Below, piece by piece: positions 48,100-59,190 of a DNA stretch of 64,000 bases. A program made the translations under genes and the position numbers. This DNA is from a virus. The stretch lies in IMG/VR virus record IMGVR_UViG_3300048918_000107. One strand, given 5' to 3'. The notes beneath the pieces were generated by a model. That model worked only from the letters and a program-made list of their open reading frames with translations, was not told the origin of the DNA and made no database searches. Positions within the stretch are counted from its first letter, which is position 1; every line of letters begins with the position of its first letter.

Positions 48100-51000
48100 A
48101 TGGCATCGGTTTACACCGACCTCGGACCCGGTGAAGTCACCGAGACGAAGACGATCCGTGGTCGTACTGAGTACCGCGTGGCCGCTCATGACGGCAGCTT
48201 TGACATGTGGCTTCCGGCCACCAAGATCGGCTTCGCCGACGTCGACACTGACAACTCGGTCAATCTCCCGTACAACCCCACCCCGCAGTACGGCGTCGGT
48301 GCACTGACGGACGCCACGATCCAGCCGATCCACGAGATCGACCCGGACAAGCGTCTGCACCCTGCCGACAGCCTCAGCTTCGACTCGCGTGGCGAGAGCG
48401 AGGGTGGCAACGAGCCGGGCCCCGCAGCCCACCTGTTCGCCGCTGGCATCAACGTCGACATGAGCGGTTCGACCGGTCTGCCGTCGTCCAGCTTGCCGTA
48501 CGGTGCTGGTGGCATCCAGCAGGGCCACGACGACGCTCACGCCGACTGGATGGCCAACCACGGCGGTCCCGGTGGTGACGCGTGGGAGCACGAGTCCCCG
48601 TACTACAACGGCCAGCACCCTTCCCAGGATTACCTGGACGCTCAGGGCGGCGGAGGGGAACCGCACGACACTCCTCCGGATGACTGGCACCCCAGCGACG
48701 AGTACGGCGACCTGAATCAGCCGTACCCGGCAGACACCTGGCGCGGCCAGGACGCCGAGATGAACCGCTTCGGCGGCTACCGGCAGGCCGACGTGCTGGA
48801 GGGCGCTCCAACGCGCTTCGAGCCGGACATGATCGTCAACGACACCGATGATGAGTTCCTGCACAACCAGGATGTCGAGAAGGACGAGCGCGAGACCACC
48901 GGTCCCGACGGCATCGTCCACTTCGCTCGCCAGCACACCGCGTGGGCTGCGGCCATTCCGGCTGTCGCCGAGGCTATCGGTCCGGCGGTGGCCCGAGGTG
49001 TGGGCATGGGAGCTGCTGAGAGCGCGCTCGGTGGTGGTGACGAGGACCCCGGACAGAATGGCGGGACCCCGCAGTCCGGCGCGGAGTCCGTCAATGGAGC
49101 CATGGACCAGATGGCACCCGATGGCCACCCGTTGCCCATTCCGGGCCTGGAGGGCACCGGCTGGGGTGATCTGACTCAGAAGCGCGGCAGCACCGGACAC
49201 AACCTGGATTCCCGGTACGCCGAGATCATCGCGGCTCACGATCCGAGCGACAAGGTGGCTCAGTTCCGGCATGATCCGGACGCTTTCATCAACCGTGTCG
49301 GTCATGTGGAGTTCGAGGGACTGAACCCTCGTATGGCCAGCTACATCGACATGGTGGACGCTGACGAGAGCCTCCGCACCGCCGCATGGAAGGACGTTCG
49401 CGAGAAGGCCACCCGCTTGCGCCGTGAGGGTCGCGTGCACGTCAAGGACGTCGGCCCGGACCGCATCTACGCTTCGGTGCAGGGAGATCACGGCACCTAC
49501 GACGTCATGATCAAGAAGGGCGGTGCGTTCGGCGGCTTCGGCGGCGGACACGCCGTCAGCAACTGGCACTGCAGCTGCGAGTGGGGCAAGTGGGCTTTCC
49601 AGCGTCGCTTCACCTTCATCGGTCGTTTGTGCAGCCACGGCTATGCCAGCTACCAGGAGATGCAATCTCAGCACCTCAAGGGCGTGAGTCAGAAGCGCAA
49701 GCGCGTGAACCCACGCAACCGCACCGCCTCGGATCAGACCGAGAAGGACTGGACAGTCGACGGCGACGTCCCGACCAGCGAACTGGGTCAGCTGCGCAGC
49801 TGGGCCGAGCAGGAGCATGACACCTGGAACGGCTCGCAGGCCGATCACGTGGACGACGTCCAGGACACTGTCCAGCGCGCTCGCGATGAGGGTGTGGACG
49901 CTGACCAGTTGGTGGCCAGCCTGCATCGTCAGGCTGACAGCGCGTGGGACGCCCTGCAGCGTGCCCAGTCGGATTATCCGACCCAGGGTCAGGTGGACCC
50001 CAAGTCGGTGCAGACGTCGGCTCCGTCGACCGCTCCCAGCACCAATTTCGGTCCGGCTATCGGTGGCCCAGGGCAGCCTGCCTATCCCGGATACGCGGGC
50101 GGACAGCAGCACATCAACCCGACGCACGGCAAAGACGCCCCGAGCACGGGCCCGAACTCTCCATCAGGCATCGGTACCGGCATCAACGGGCCACAGCCTG
50201 GCGGTGGCGCACCACCTGCCGCCCCGGCGGCTCCGGGTGCACCGGCAGCTCCCGCTCCGAGCCCTAGCGGCGGTACTTCTACCCCGATGAGCGACCCTGG
50301 TGGTGGTTCGGCCTCCCCAGGTACCGGCGGCATCGGTATGGGTGACTACAAGATTCAGTCCGGCGACACTCTGAGCGACATCGCGCAGCGGTCCGGCTAC
50401 GGCGGCGACTACAACTCGCTGGCACAGCAGAATCACATCGCCGACCCGAACAAGATCAACGCGGGCGACACCATCAAGATCGGTGATCCCAAGGCTAGTG
50501 CGGGCGAACAGCAGGCAGGTTCCGCCCCGAGCCCGGCTGCCCCGGCGTCGTCGGAAAGCGGGGCAAGCGTTGCTGCCCCGGTCAAGGTCAACACCGAGGC
50601 TGTGGGTGGCACCTCCTCGCCTGTGCAGACCGACACGTCGAACATGACCAGCGACACCGGATCGGACACCTCCAGCGGAGCTGCTGGTGGTGGAGCGGGA
50701 GGTCAGAGCACGAGCCCTGGCTCCCCAGCTTCCGCCGCTGACGCCGCCACGGACGCCACCAAGACCAGCGCCCTGCAGGTGGAGGCTGACCGCGACTGGT
50801 TCGAGGCTGCCTACCCAGACCGGCAGTGGCACGATCACCTGCCGTTCAACGGCAGCGGTGGCCTCAATGTCACCGAGTGGGGTTCATCCAAGGAGAACGT
50901 CAAGGACAACTACTCCGACAACCTGCAGGACGTCACTGAGGAGCCGTCGGGAAGCTATCTGACAGACACCGCCCCTCTGAAGGACATGCAGAAGGGCAAG

Positions 51001-51510
51001 GACCCGGTGACGGCCTCTGTCGGAATCCAGCGCGCCGGACATGGACCGCAGCGTCAGGCTGTGGAGCCTGTCGTGGTGCGCGAGCGCAAGCCGCGTCGTC
51101 CTGGCACCGCAGCGGTCGCTGTGGAAGCCGAGCACATTCCGGATGAGTTCGACCCGCTGGCTCCTCGTACGGCTGCCAGCTTCGATGACCCGTACGCGCA
51201 GAGCGACGCCGACGCGCACGCGGTGCTGGCTGCGGCCAACCGATCCAGCAACGACATCGTGGCGCAATTCCAGGCCAACGGTGGCGGTGCGGTGTTCGTG
51301 GAGGCTCAGTCCGGCGGTGACCAGTATGACGACTTCGCCAGCTCCCCAGCGATCCGTCAGGCCATGCAGCGCACGGCAGGACGGAACTACTCGCTGGCTG
51401 AGCAGGACGCACTCATCCGTGAGGGCGACAAGGGCGGCGCGGGCAACCTGGGAGACCTTCAGCTGGCTGGCACCCACTACGAGGCCATGAACTCCGTCGG
51501 CCTGTGGTGA
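48100..51510 (+). CDS. 1136-aa virion-associated candidate with SWIM zinc finger and LysM domain
   Basis: SWIM-like CSCEWGKW...GRLCSH. LysM-like YKIQSGDTLSDIAQRSGY...INAGDTIKIG. Long Pro/Ala/Gly/Ser linkers. Confidence 0.65.
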   Translation: MASVYTDLGPGEVTETKTIRGRTEYRVAAHDGSFDMWLPATKIGFADVDTDNSVNLPYNPTPQYGVGALTDATIQPIHEIDPDKRLHPADSLSFDSRGESEGGNEPGPAAHLFAAGINVDMSGSTGLPSSSLPYGAGGIQQGHDDAHADWMANHGGPGGDAWEHESPYYNGQHPSQDYLDAQGGGGEPHDTPPDDWHPSDEYGDLNQPYPADTWRGQDAEMNRFGGYRQADVLEGAPTRFEPDMIVNDTDDEFLHNQDVEKDERETTGPDGIVHFARQHTAWAAAIPAVAEAIGPAVARGVGMGAAESALGGGDEDPGQNGGTPQSGAESVNGAMDQMAPDGHPLPIPGLEGTGWGDLTQKRGSTGHNLDSRYAEIIAAHDPSDKVAQFRHDPDAFINRVGHVEFEGLNPRMASYIDMVDADESLRTAAWKDVREKATRLRREGRVHVKDVGPDRIYASVQGDHGTYDVMIKKGGAFGGFGGGHAVSNWHCSCEWGKWAFQRRFTFIGRLCSHGYASYQEMQSQHLKGVSQKRKRVNPRNRTASDQTEKDWTVDGDVPTSELGQLRSWAEQEHDTWNGSQADHVDDVQDTVQRARDEGVDADQLVASLHRQADSAWDALQRAQSDYPTQGQVDPKSVQTSAPSTAPSTNFGPAIGGPGQPAYPGYAGGQQHINPTHGKDAPSTGPNSPSGIGTGINGPQPGGGAPPAAPAAPGAPAAPAPSPSGGTSTPMSDPGGGSASPGTGGIGMGDYKIQSGDTLSDIAQRSGYGGDYNSLAQQNHIADPNKINAGDTIKIGDPKASAGEQQAGSAPSPAAPASSESGASVAAPVKVNTEAVGGTSSPVQTDTSNMTSDTGSDTSSGAAGGGAGGQSTSPGSPASAADAATDATKTSALQVEADRDWFEAAYPDRQWHDHLPFNGSGGLNVTEWGSSKENVKDNYSDNLQDVTEEPSGSYLTDTAPLKDMQKGKDPVTASVGIQRAGHGPQRQAVEPVVVRERKPRRPGTAAVAVEAEHIPDEFDPLAPRTAASFDDPYAQSDADAHAVLAAANRSSNDIVAQFQANGGGAVFVEAQSGGDQYDDFASSPAIRQAMQRTAGRNYSLAEQDALIREGDKGGAGNLGDLQLAGTHYEAMNSVGLW

Positions 51511-51545
51511 CCGTTCCGAGTGGCTAGAAGTAGGGAGGAGGTGCT

Positions 51546-54500
51546 GTGAGCACTCGGCACGTATTGGTCGGTGAACGGGTCCGTAACCCTAGCGGACAAC
51601 AGATTCGCAAGATCATCGGCAAGAGCCATGTGGCGGCAAACTGGCGGATGAAGCCGGGGTACCTGTACACCGTGGTGCGCGCCATTAGCGCTCGCGTCAA
51701 CCAGAACTTCGACGGCTGGCCTTCACACGAACTGAAGGAAGCCGCCCACACCTTCGTGGGCAAGCCGGTGTTTGTCAACCACGAGAACTTCAACCCCGAG
51801 AAGGCTCGTGGTGTGGTCGTGGCTGCCCGCTATATCGAGAACGGTCGCGACAAGTACATCGAGACCGTCATGGAGATCGACGCAAAGCGGTTCCCCATCT
51901 TGGCCAAGGAGATCAAGGAGGGTGGACTTGACAGCGTCTCCATGGGCGCAGAGGCCGGGTTTACCATCTGCAGCGCCTGTGGCAACAAGGCCTATGACGA
52001 ACCCGACATGTGCGACCACGTCAAGTTCCACAAGGGTCAGACCATCCGGGTCCGCAACCGCAAGACCGGCAAGATCGAGGACAAACTGGTCTTCGAGTCC
52101 TGCCACAAGCTCAGCTTCTTCGAACTGAGCTACGTCTTCGATCCTGCAGATGAGACTGCTGTGGCGTCCAAGGTTGTCGTGGGTGCCAAGCACGTGCACT
52201 CGGATACCTGCCAGCCAGGCCAGCCGTGCTGGGGTACCCGCATGCACAATGACAAGGCCGAGATCGGCGGCGGTGGTTCCGCCATCGCTGGGGGAAGCCC
52301 AGCGGTGCTCGGTCAGCCTGCAGGCAATCAGACTCAGAAGCCGGGCGCACCCGCTGCGACAGCCGGTGGCGGCGCACCGAGCAAGGACCTCACCGAGGCG
52401 CTGACCCGCGCGGGCATCGACCCGGCCATGCATCCGCTGATCTCGGGCTTCGCAGTGGCCGAGGGCAACAATCCGTCCGGCGCGCCAACACTGGGCTTCA
52501 CCGATTCGCAGGCCGGTACCTCACTGGACAGCCACGCCCAGGCCCTGTCCAAGCAGATCAAGGATCGCGCTTCGGTGTCTGGCGAGTTCCCCAAGGCCGG
52601 AACTCCCGAACAGCAAGCCTCGTGGATGGCCACGACTGTGGGGCAAAACGGAGTCCAGAGCGACTGGCAGGGCAATGCCCAGCCTGCCCGCTCGGATTAC
52701 GTCAACAGCATCGTCAAGAACATGCCTGCCGCCGCCCCGGCGACGGCCACCACCACGACCATGGCTCCGACAGCTACACCTCCGTCGGCCCCGGCTCCCA
52801 GCACCACGACGACCAGCTCCCCGGCGGCAGACGCTAACAAGGCCACGACGGCCATGGTGCGCCAGGCCGTGCTCAAGCGGCTGGCTGGCCATTCCGAACC
52901 AACTCGTATTCCAGTCAGCTTGAAGGAGCGCATCGCGATGGCCGTCTACCAGAAGGTCGCTTTCGGTGAGGTCGAAGCTCCACCGGAGGTGGACACCTTG
53001 CGTGAGGAAGGCACCGCGCCCGAGGACGACAACGACGACTTCCACCACTACGTGGACGCTCCGCAAGAGCTGTCGATGCCGGACCTCTCCGACGCTGCCC
53101 GACTGGACCGCGCTCAGGACGAGAACGACCAGCAGGCCATGGACACCGGCACGCCGGGACCGAACAGCCCTGAAGGGGGACCGCCACCCGCTGGTGATCC
53201 CGGCGTGCAGGGTGACGAAGGGCAGTACATGACCCTCAAAATTCCAGTCCCGCAGCCTCAGCCTGCTGCCCCGGCTGGCCCCCCAGCACCTGCATCTCCA
53301 CAGATGCCGATGCAGACATTCGGTTCCAAGCAGCTGCTGTCTTGGTTTGACCGTTACTACGGCTACAGGGTTGCCCGTGACGTGACCCTGGAAAACGTCG
53401 CAGCAGATTCACCAACTAGTAGGAACTCCGTGAAAGGAACCGCCAACATGGCACGCAGCACTCTCGCCACCCGTCGCGCTACGGCGGGTACCCGGCATTT
53501 TGCCGAGGGTCCGTTGACCGATGGCGGCGACAAGTCGCGCAATGACGAGGGTGAGCAGGAGGAGGCCTTCATCACGCAGGTCCCCGCCGAGGACTCCACC
53601 CCGCTGCCCGACGAGGACACCTCCAACATCAGCAACACCGAAGGCAACCTGGTTGCCGATGAGGCTTACGCCCACAGCCTGACCGCCCGCATGCGTTCGC
53701 AGCAGGCCTCTCTAGAAGCCACGGCTCGGGAGTACAAGCTGGCTCTGGCTCAGGGTCTGATCAAGCGCGCCAACGGTGACGCAGGTGGCCCAACAGCCAC
53801 CGAGGTCAACCCCGAGGTCCCGACGCCGTCCGCCGAGCAGCTGACTGGTGACGACTTCGACTCGGCTGACCCGAACCCGAGCATCGACACCTCGGTGGCC
53901 GGTCCGGGTACGACCACCCTGCCGATCGAGTCGAGCCTGCAGGCCTTCCGGGCCTTCGACAAGTGGCTGACCGCTGGCACCCGGAAGAGCGCCCGCCACC
54001 ACAGCGAGTCCAACATCCGCAAGGCTGCCAAGCAGTTCGCCGACTACAACGGCATTTCTGTTCAGGCCATGTTCCCCGCACTGGGAATCGCGCTGCGAGA
54101 AGCACGAAAGGTCGAAGCAGCTAAGAAGTCCCAGTCGAAGAAGGTGAGCAACGTGCGCAAGCAGGCCGTGGACCTGGAGACCGCCGCTCCTGATGAGCGC
54201 ATCAGCGTTCCGACTCCCGTCTCGAACACCACCGACGCTGAGGCTCAGGCCTCGCAGTTCGATGAGTCCGGTTGGGACAACAACGCCGGTAAGGACATCA
54301 CTGATCCTGATCTGTCCACCGGTCAGAACTTCGCTCCGGGCCAGGCCCCGAAGACGAGCAAGAAGGCCGACGGCATTCTGGCTATCCGCTGCGCGGAGGC
54401 CATGATCGCTGCCGGTCTCGAACCGAACACCCGCGAGCGGAAGTACCAGCTTGCCGGTGAATACAGCCAGATGAGCCGTGGGTTGATTTTGGACCGTACG

Positions 54501-54698
54501 GCTATGGCTGAGAAGTTCGCCATGGTCCGCCAGGCGGATCGCCAGCAGATGAAGGTCGCCAGCGGAAGTACTCGCGGGGCCGTTTCGTCGCCAATCCCAG
54601 CAGGACTCGGTCAGGGCGGAAGTATGCGCCAGGCCAGTGTTCAGCGGAGCGCGGCAAACCAGAACAACCCCGAAAACGACGCTCTCCTGTTCGGCTAA
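51546..54698 (+). CDS. 1050-aa head-assembly protein candidate (prohead protease/scaffold-like)
   Basis: The call rests mostly on position, directly upstream of the capsid gene. Globular N-terminus, then long low-complexity and coiled regions. Confidence 0.45.
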   Translation: MSTRHVLVGERVRNPSGQQIRKIIGKSHVAANWRMKPGYLYTVVRAISARVNQNFDGWPSHELKEAAHTFVGKPVFVNHENFNPEKARGVVVAARYIENGRDKYIETVMEIDAKRFPILAKEIKEGGLDSVSMGAEAGFTICSACGNKAYDEPDMCDHVKFHKGQTIRVRNRKTGKIEDKLVFESCHKLSFFELSYVFDPADETAVASKVVVGAKHVHSDTCQPGQPCWGTRMHNDKAEIGGGGSAIAGGSPAVLGQPAGNQTQKPGAPAATAGGGAPSKDLTEALTRAGIDPAMHPLISGFAVAEGNNPSGAPTLGFTDSQAGTSLDSHAQALSKQIKDRASVSGEFPKAGTPEQQASWMATTVGQNGVQSDWQGNAQPARSDYVNSIVKNMPAAAPATATTTTMAPTATPPSAPAPSTTTTSSPAADANKATTAMVRQAVLKRLAGHSEPTRIPVSLKERIAMAVYQKVAFGEVEAPPEVDTLREEGTAPEDDNDDFHHYVDAPQELSMPDLSDAARLDRAQDENDQQAMDTGTPGPNSPEGGPPPAGDPGVQGDEGQYMTLKIPVPQPQPAAPAGPPAPASPQMPMQTFGSKQLLSWFDRYYGYRVARDVTLENVAADSPTSRNSVKGTANMARSTLATRRATAGTRHFAEGPLTDGGDKSRNDEGEQEEAFITQVPAEDSTPLPDEDTSNISNTEGNLVADEAYAHSLTARMRSQQASLEATAREYKLALAQGLIKRANGDAGGPTATEVNPEVPTPSAEQLTGDDFDSADPNPSIDTSVAGPGTTTLPIESSLQAFRAFDKWLTAGTRKSARHHSESNIRKAAKQFADYNGISVQAMFPALGIALREARKVEAAKKSQSKKVSNVRKQAVDLETAAPDERISVPTPVSNTTDAEAQASQFDESGWDNNAGKDITDPDLSTGQNFAPGQAPKTSKKADGILAIRCAEAMIAAGLEPNTRERKYQLAGEYSQMSRGLILDRTAMAEKFAMVRQADRQQMKVASGSTRGAVSSPIPAGLGQGGSMRQASVQRSAANQNNPENDALLFG

Positions 54699-54746
54699 TC
54701 GCCGACTGCGTCACCACCAACGAGTACTGAAAGGAGTTGAAGCACA

Positions 54747-55292
54747 GTGTTCAAGACACCATTGAGCAACCCGGCACAGAAGCGCACCCTGCGTCCCCTG
54801 TACGCACAGCACCAGGCTACCCCCTGGGGCGGGTTCCTTGACCCCGATCTGGACATCGACTTCGACATCTACCCCGGCACCGTCATGCAGCGCGTCTACG
54901 GCGAGGTTTTCGCTCCGTACACGGGCGCAGCTGGCACCGTGCCGTTCGGCCTGAGCGCCCTGTTCGTCAACACGGGCGGGTACAACGGCCACGAGGTCAA
55001 TGAGGTCACCGGTAGCGGTACCGGTCTGTACACGGTATGGGTCGGAGGCCCGGACGCCGTGTTCGAAATCCTCGCTCCCGCATTCGACACAGAGGCCGAT
55101 TGGCCCGAGGTCACCGGCCCAGGCAACTACATGCTGACCGCCAACAGCAAGGGTCAGTTGACCCCGGCTGGCGTGAACGCAAAGAACGCGATCGCCACTC
55201 TGATCGACATTCCGTCGACGGACAAGATCGTGGTCAGCCTGAACCGCTACGACTTCGCGGCGACCGGCGGAACCCTGGAAGGTGGTAGCTAA
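54747..55292 (+). CDS. hypothetical head-associated protein
   Basis: Track ORF with a GAAAGGAG RBS, directly upstream of the capsid gene. Confidence 0.5.
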   Translation: MFKTPLSNPAQKRTLRPLYAQHQATPWGGFLDPDLDIDFDIYPGTVMQRVYGEVFAPYTGAAGTVPFGLSALFVNTGGYNGHEVNEVTGSGTGLYTVWVGGPDAVFEILAPAFDTEADWPEVTGPGNYMLTANSKGQLTPAGVNAKNAIATLIDIPSTDKIVVSLNRYDFAATGGTLEGGS

Positions 55293-55297
55293 CCATC

Positions 55298-56308
55298 ATG
55301 AGTGGACTTCCAGTCGCAGCAGGCAGCGGCCTCGGTCGCTTTGCCAAGGCATCCGACGACTACGTGGCGGACATTGTTGCCGCCAAGCGCCGCCTCGGCG
55401 GACGCAAGCTCTCCGCCCAGGAGAAGCAGTCCAAGCTGGCTCACATCCTCAGCGACAAGACCGGTGGCATTCAGCGCCTCGGCCAGTCGATGATCGGCCC
55501 GATCCAGCTGCAGCTCCGCTACCAGGGCATCCTGCGTAACGTCCTCCTGGAGGACACGCTGACGCCGGGCATCCCGATCCAGTACGACGTGCTGGACGAC
55601 CTCGGCCAGGCGTACATGCTCCACGGCAGCGAGGGTGAAGTCAAGATCACCCCGTTCGAGGGCAAGCGCGTCGAAGTGCAGCTCTTCCGCATCGCCTCCT
55701 TCCCGGAGATCAAGAAGGAAGACCTGTACTACCTGCGCTCCAACATCGTGGAGTACACGCAGGACATGACCAAGCAGGCCATCATGCGCCAGGAGGACTC
55801 GCGCCTCGTGACGCTGCTGGAAGCTGCTGCGATCTCGTATCGCGTGGTCGACGCCAGCGCCGTCCCAGGACCGGGTGGAGGTGCTCTCCCGAACGAGATC
55901 ACCATCGCCGGTACTCACCTGATGCCGGACGATCTGTACACCGCCGTCACCTACACCGACCAGCGTCAGCTGGACAGCTCGCGCCTGCTGGCTAACCCCC
56001 AGGAGTACCGCGACCTGTACCGGTGGGACATCAACACCACCGGTTGGGCCTTCAAGGACTCCGTGGTTGCTGGCGAGCGCATCGTCCAGTTCGGTGAGTT
56101 CCAGATCGGCAAGTCGATCATCATCCCTCGCGGCACGGTCTACCTGACCCCCGAGCCCCAGTTCCTGGGTGTCTTCCCGGTCATGTACTCGCTGGACGTC
56201 GAGGAGAACAACACCGTGGCCAAGTTCCACAAGGGCTGGGTCATGGACGAGCTGGTCGGCATGGCCGTCCTCAACCCGCGCGGTATCGTCATCCTGCGCA
56301 AGGCCTAA
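55298..56308 (+). CDS. major capsid protein (putative)
   Basis: 336 aa. Position after the scaffold-like gene. Followed by the strongest hairpin terminator of the head region. Confidence 0.55.
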   Translation: MSGLPVAAGSGLGRFAKASDDYVADIVAAKRRLGGRKLSAQEKQSKLAHILSDKTGGIQRLGQSMIGPIQLQLRYQGILRNVLLEDTLTPGIPIQYDVLDDLGQAYMLHGSEGEVKITPFEGKRVEVQLFRIASFPEIKKEDLYYLRSNIVEYTQDMTKQAIMRQEDSRLVTLLEAAAISYRVVDASAVPGPGGGALPNEITIAGTHLMPDDLYTAVTYTDQRQLDSSRLLANPQEYRDLYRWDINTTGWAFKDSVVAGERIVQFGEFQIGKSIIIPRGTVYLTPEPQFLGVFPVMYSLDVEENNTVAKFHKGWVMDELVGMAVLNPRGIVILRKA

Positions 56309-56353
56309 CCAGCCTCCTTTGCTGGAAAGCAGAGGAAACGGACAAAACGGCAG

Positions 56354-56383
56354 AGGCCCCGTCCCCACTTCGGGGCGGGGTCT
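56354..56383 (+). terminator. intrinsic terminator after capsid gene
   Basis: GC-rich stem AGGCCCCGTCCCC / GGGGCGGGGTCT with one bulge and loop ACTTC, followed by TTTGTCATT. Confidence 0.7.
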
Positions 56384-56413
56384 TTGTCATTCCAGCAAAC
56401 GAGAGAGCATCTG

Positions 56414-59059
56414 ATGGCCTTGTGGACCGATGCCAGTGGCGCGTCCTGGCGCTTCAGTAGCATCAATCAGAACTGGGAGCGCGAGGCGTCTCCGGGTATC
56501 TGGGTGATTACCCCACTGCCTGCAGAAGGCCTGCGACTGGTACCGACTGCCACCTCTGGTGAGAATGTGCGGATCATTGAGACCATGGGGCCTCAAGGCC
56601 CTGCCGGACCTCAAGGCCCTCCCGGCACTCCTGGTGGACCTCCCGGACCCCAAGGTGCACCTGGCACACCTGGAACTCCTGGTGCTGTGGGCATTCGGGG
56701 ACCCAAGGGCGACAAAGGCGACAAGGGTGACCGTGGAGCCGCCGGTTCGAACGGCGCACCCGGAGTTCAAGGCCCTCGCGGCCTGCCGGGATACCCCGGC
56801 GACAAAGGCGCTCGCGGCGACGTCGGCCCCGTGGGACCGCCGGGACCCACCGGACCTCGCGGAGCCCAGGGCCTTGCAGGGCCCACGGGCGTCGGCATCC
56901 CTGGCCCTGCAGGACCAGCAGGTCCCACCGGACTTCAGGGCATCGCAGGCGCGCGTGGCCTGATCGGACTCACCGGACCGGCAGGACCCACGGGTGCCAC
57001 GGGACCAACCGGACCTACGGGTGCAACCGGGGCCAAGGGTGCCAAGGGCGATACCGGAGCTGCAGGTGCTACCGGGGCTACTGGACCGACCGGCCCCACA
57101 GGACCTCAAGGTCCCGGTGCCGATGAAGCTCTGGCTGCCGCTGAAGCCGCACAAGCCACAGCTGATACCGCCATCACCTCCGCCACAGCGGCCAACACCT
57201 TTGCTGCCACCGCTCTAACAGCGGCCAATGCTGCACAGGCGACAGCGGATGGAAAGTACGCCAAGCCGACCGGCGGAATCACATCTGGTGATCTGGCACC
57301 CGCCGTCGTTACCTCCCTCACCAAGGCGGACACCGCCTACCAGAAGCCTAGTGGAGGAGTTCCGGCTTCTGACTTCACAGCGGCGGTACAGTCCTCCCTG
57401 GCCAATGGTGATGCGGCTGTTGCGGCTGCGGCGACCGCCCAGACAGCTGCCAACACCGCGCAGACGACGGCGAACGCCAAGTACACCAAACCCGGTACGG
57501 GCGTCCCCTTGTCGGATATGAAGAAATCCGATCTTGACGCCAAGTACATTTCAACGGGGTTCGGCGTGCCGGTTCCCAGCAATCCGTCTGTTGACGGCTT
57601 CGTGCTGACGCCAGCGGTGATCCCCTACGCTTCTGGTAGCGACGTCAATGGTCACGGTCGACAAACAGTATTCATGGGCGACTGGACCGTGTCGGTGTCG
57701 GTGACCATCGACGGTTCTGGCGGCACTGCGCGATGGGATATCGGTGGGAAGCACGCGGACATCGCGCCCACCGCGACAGCCAGTGCTGTGCAGACCGCGC
57801 TTCAAGCTCTGTCCACGGTGGGTGCGGGCGCAGTCACTGTTACTGGTGGCCCCGGCGCTGCCGGTGGCGGAACGCCATACGTTGTCTCCTACACCGCCAA
57901 GTACCTCTCGGTGGGAGGCCTGCTCCCTCTGACTGTGGACGCCACCAGCCTGACCGGCGGAGCGCACTCGGCCACCCTGGTGTGGACCAACAACTGGGGG
58001 AACGACACCGCCCAGGTGTTCGGTGAGGACTCCTACACCGTTACTGGTGGTGGTTCCACGGACGGTAACGGCATCGGAATCATGTACGGCGCGCTGATGG
58101 AAGCAAACCAGTGCGGTGGTGGCACCATCGGCACAATCGTTGCCCTCATGGGTGAGGCCGGATTTTACGGGTCGAATGCTGCCGGTCCGGTAGACACGAT
58201 GATCTCTCTGAACGCAGCGGGACCCCACTACAAGGGGACAGCGGTGCCAGGGAACTGCACGGCCACCAACGTGTACGGCCTCAAGGTGGCTGGCTGCCAG
58301 GGCCCGTACGTGTTCACGGACGCCGTTATCACCGACGGTTCTCCTACCATCACCTCGGCGTCGTCGGCATTCGACCCCAACATCCTGATCGGCAAAGTGG
58401 TCTCGGGACCAGGCATCCCGGCTGGTGCCTACATCGTCACATTGACGACGAACAGCATCACTCTCTCGGCCAATTGCAGCCCCGGCTCCACAGGGTCAAC
58501 GGTCACCATCAACGGCACACTGAATTCGACCAACGCCTACACGGCTTACTTCGGCCCCGGTGCCGTGGCCATCAACGGCAAAACCAGCATCACACCATGG
58601 AAAGATGACGTCCCGCTCAAGCTGGTTGGCTTGTTCGGAGGCGCTTCTGACCTGCTGGAATTGTGGTCAGGCCCGAACAAGATGATCCACTTTGGCAAGT
58701 TCGGTACCGTGAGCATGGCGAACGCGCTCACGACGTTCGAAGGTCAGTCACCGTGGCAGATGACCATGGGTGCCAGCACGATTGCTTCCGTAGCGCATCC
58801 CGGTATCAGTTTCGGTGCACCGTACAACGCGGCTATCATCAGCCCTTCGTCTGGTGTTATCGCTGTCGCTGCTGGTCTGCAGCTTGGCGTCGGGTACGCG
58901 AGTCAACCGGCGGGGTCTCGCTTGTGGAGCGGGTCGGGAGCGCCGAACATCGCAGCATCTGCAGCGGGTGACGTCTACTTCAGGACGGACACACCGTCTA
59001 CGGCGAATCAGCGAGTTTACGTTGCAACGGCGACCAACACGTGGACGGGGATTTTGTGA
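56414..59059 (+). CDS. collagen-like repeat fibre protein
   Basis: About 57 Gly-X-Y triplets, followed by an Ala/Thr-rich region and a globular region. The ATG follows the capsid terminator. Confidence 0.7.
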   Translation: MALWTDASGASWRFSSINQNWEREASPGIWVITPLPAEGLRLVPTATSGENVRIIETMGPQGPAGPQGPPGTPGGPPGPQGAPGTPGTPGAVGIRGPKGDKGDKGDRGAAGSNGAPGVQGPRGLPGYPGDKGARGDVGPVGPPGPTGPRGAQGLAGPTGVGIPGPAGPAGPTGLQGIAGARGLIGLTGPAGPTGATGPTGPTGATGAKGAKGDTGAAGATGATGPTGPTGPQGPGADEALAAAEAAQATADTAITSATAANTFAATALTAANAAQATADGKYAKPTGGITSGDLAPAVVTSLTKADTAYQKPSGGVPASDFTAAVQSSLANGDAAVAAAATAQTAANTAQTTANAKYTKPGTGVPLSDMKKSDLDAKYISTGFGVPVPSNPSVDGFVLTPAVIPYASGSDVNGHGRQTVFMGDWTVSVSVTIDGSGGTARWDIGGKHADIAPTATASAVQTALQALSTVGAGAVTVTGGPGAAGGGTPYVVSYTAKYLSVGGLLPLTVDATSLTGGAHSATLVWTNNWGNDTAQVFGEDSYTVTGGGSTDGNGIGIMYGALMEANQCGGGTIGTIVALMGEAGFYGSNAAGPVDTMISLNAAGPHYKGTAVPGNCTATNVYGLKVAGCQGPYVFTDAVITDGSPTITSASSAFDPNILIGKVVSGPGIPAGAYIVTLTTNSITLSANCSPGSTGSTVTINGTLNSTNAYTAYFGPGAVAINGKTSITPWKDDVPLKLVGLFGGASDLLELWSGPNKMIHFGKFGTVSMANALTTFEGQSPWQMTMGASTIASVAHPGISFGAPYNAAIISPSSGVIAVAAGLQLGVGYASQPAGSRLWSGSGAPNIAASAAGDVYFRTDTPSTANQRVYVATATNTWTGIL
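56588..57118 (+). repeat. collagen-like Gly-X-Y coding repeat
   Basis: GGN-NNN-NNN periodicity is read directly. There are two register interruptions. Confidence 0.8.
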
Positions 59060-59190
59060 TGGATGGGCTGGTCTACATGCTGAACCAAGCGGGTTTGGCT
59101 CTAGCGGAGGCGAATCAGCGCATCGGGCAGCTGATGCAAGAGAATGAAGCGCTGCGTGCTCAGCTTGAAACTTCTGGCGAGTCTAGTTGA
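59059..59190 (+). CDS. possible 43-aa coiled-coil peptide
   Basis: TGATG overlap. The stop TGA lies inside the following -35 TTGACA. Confidence 0.35.
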   Translation: MDGLVYMLNQAGLALAEANQRIGQLMQENEALRAQLETSGESS

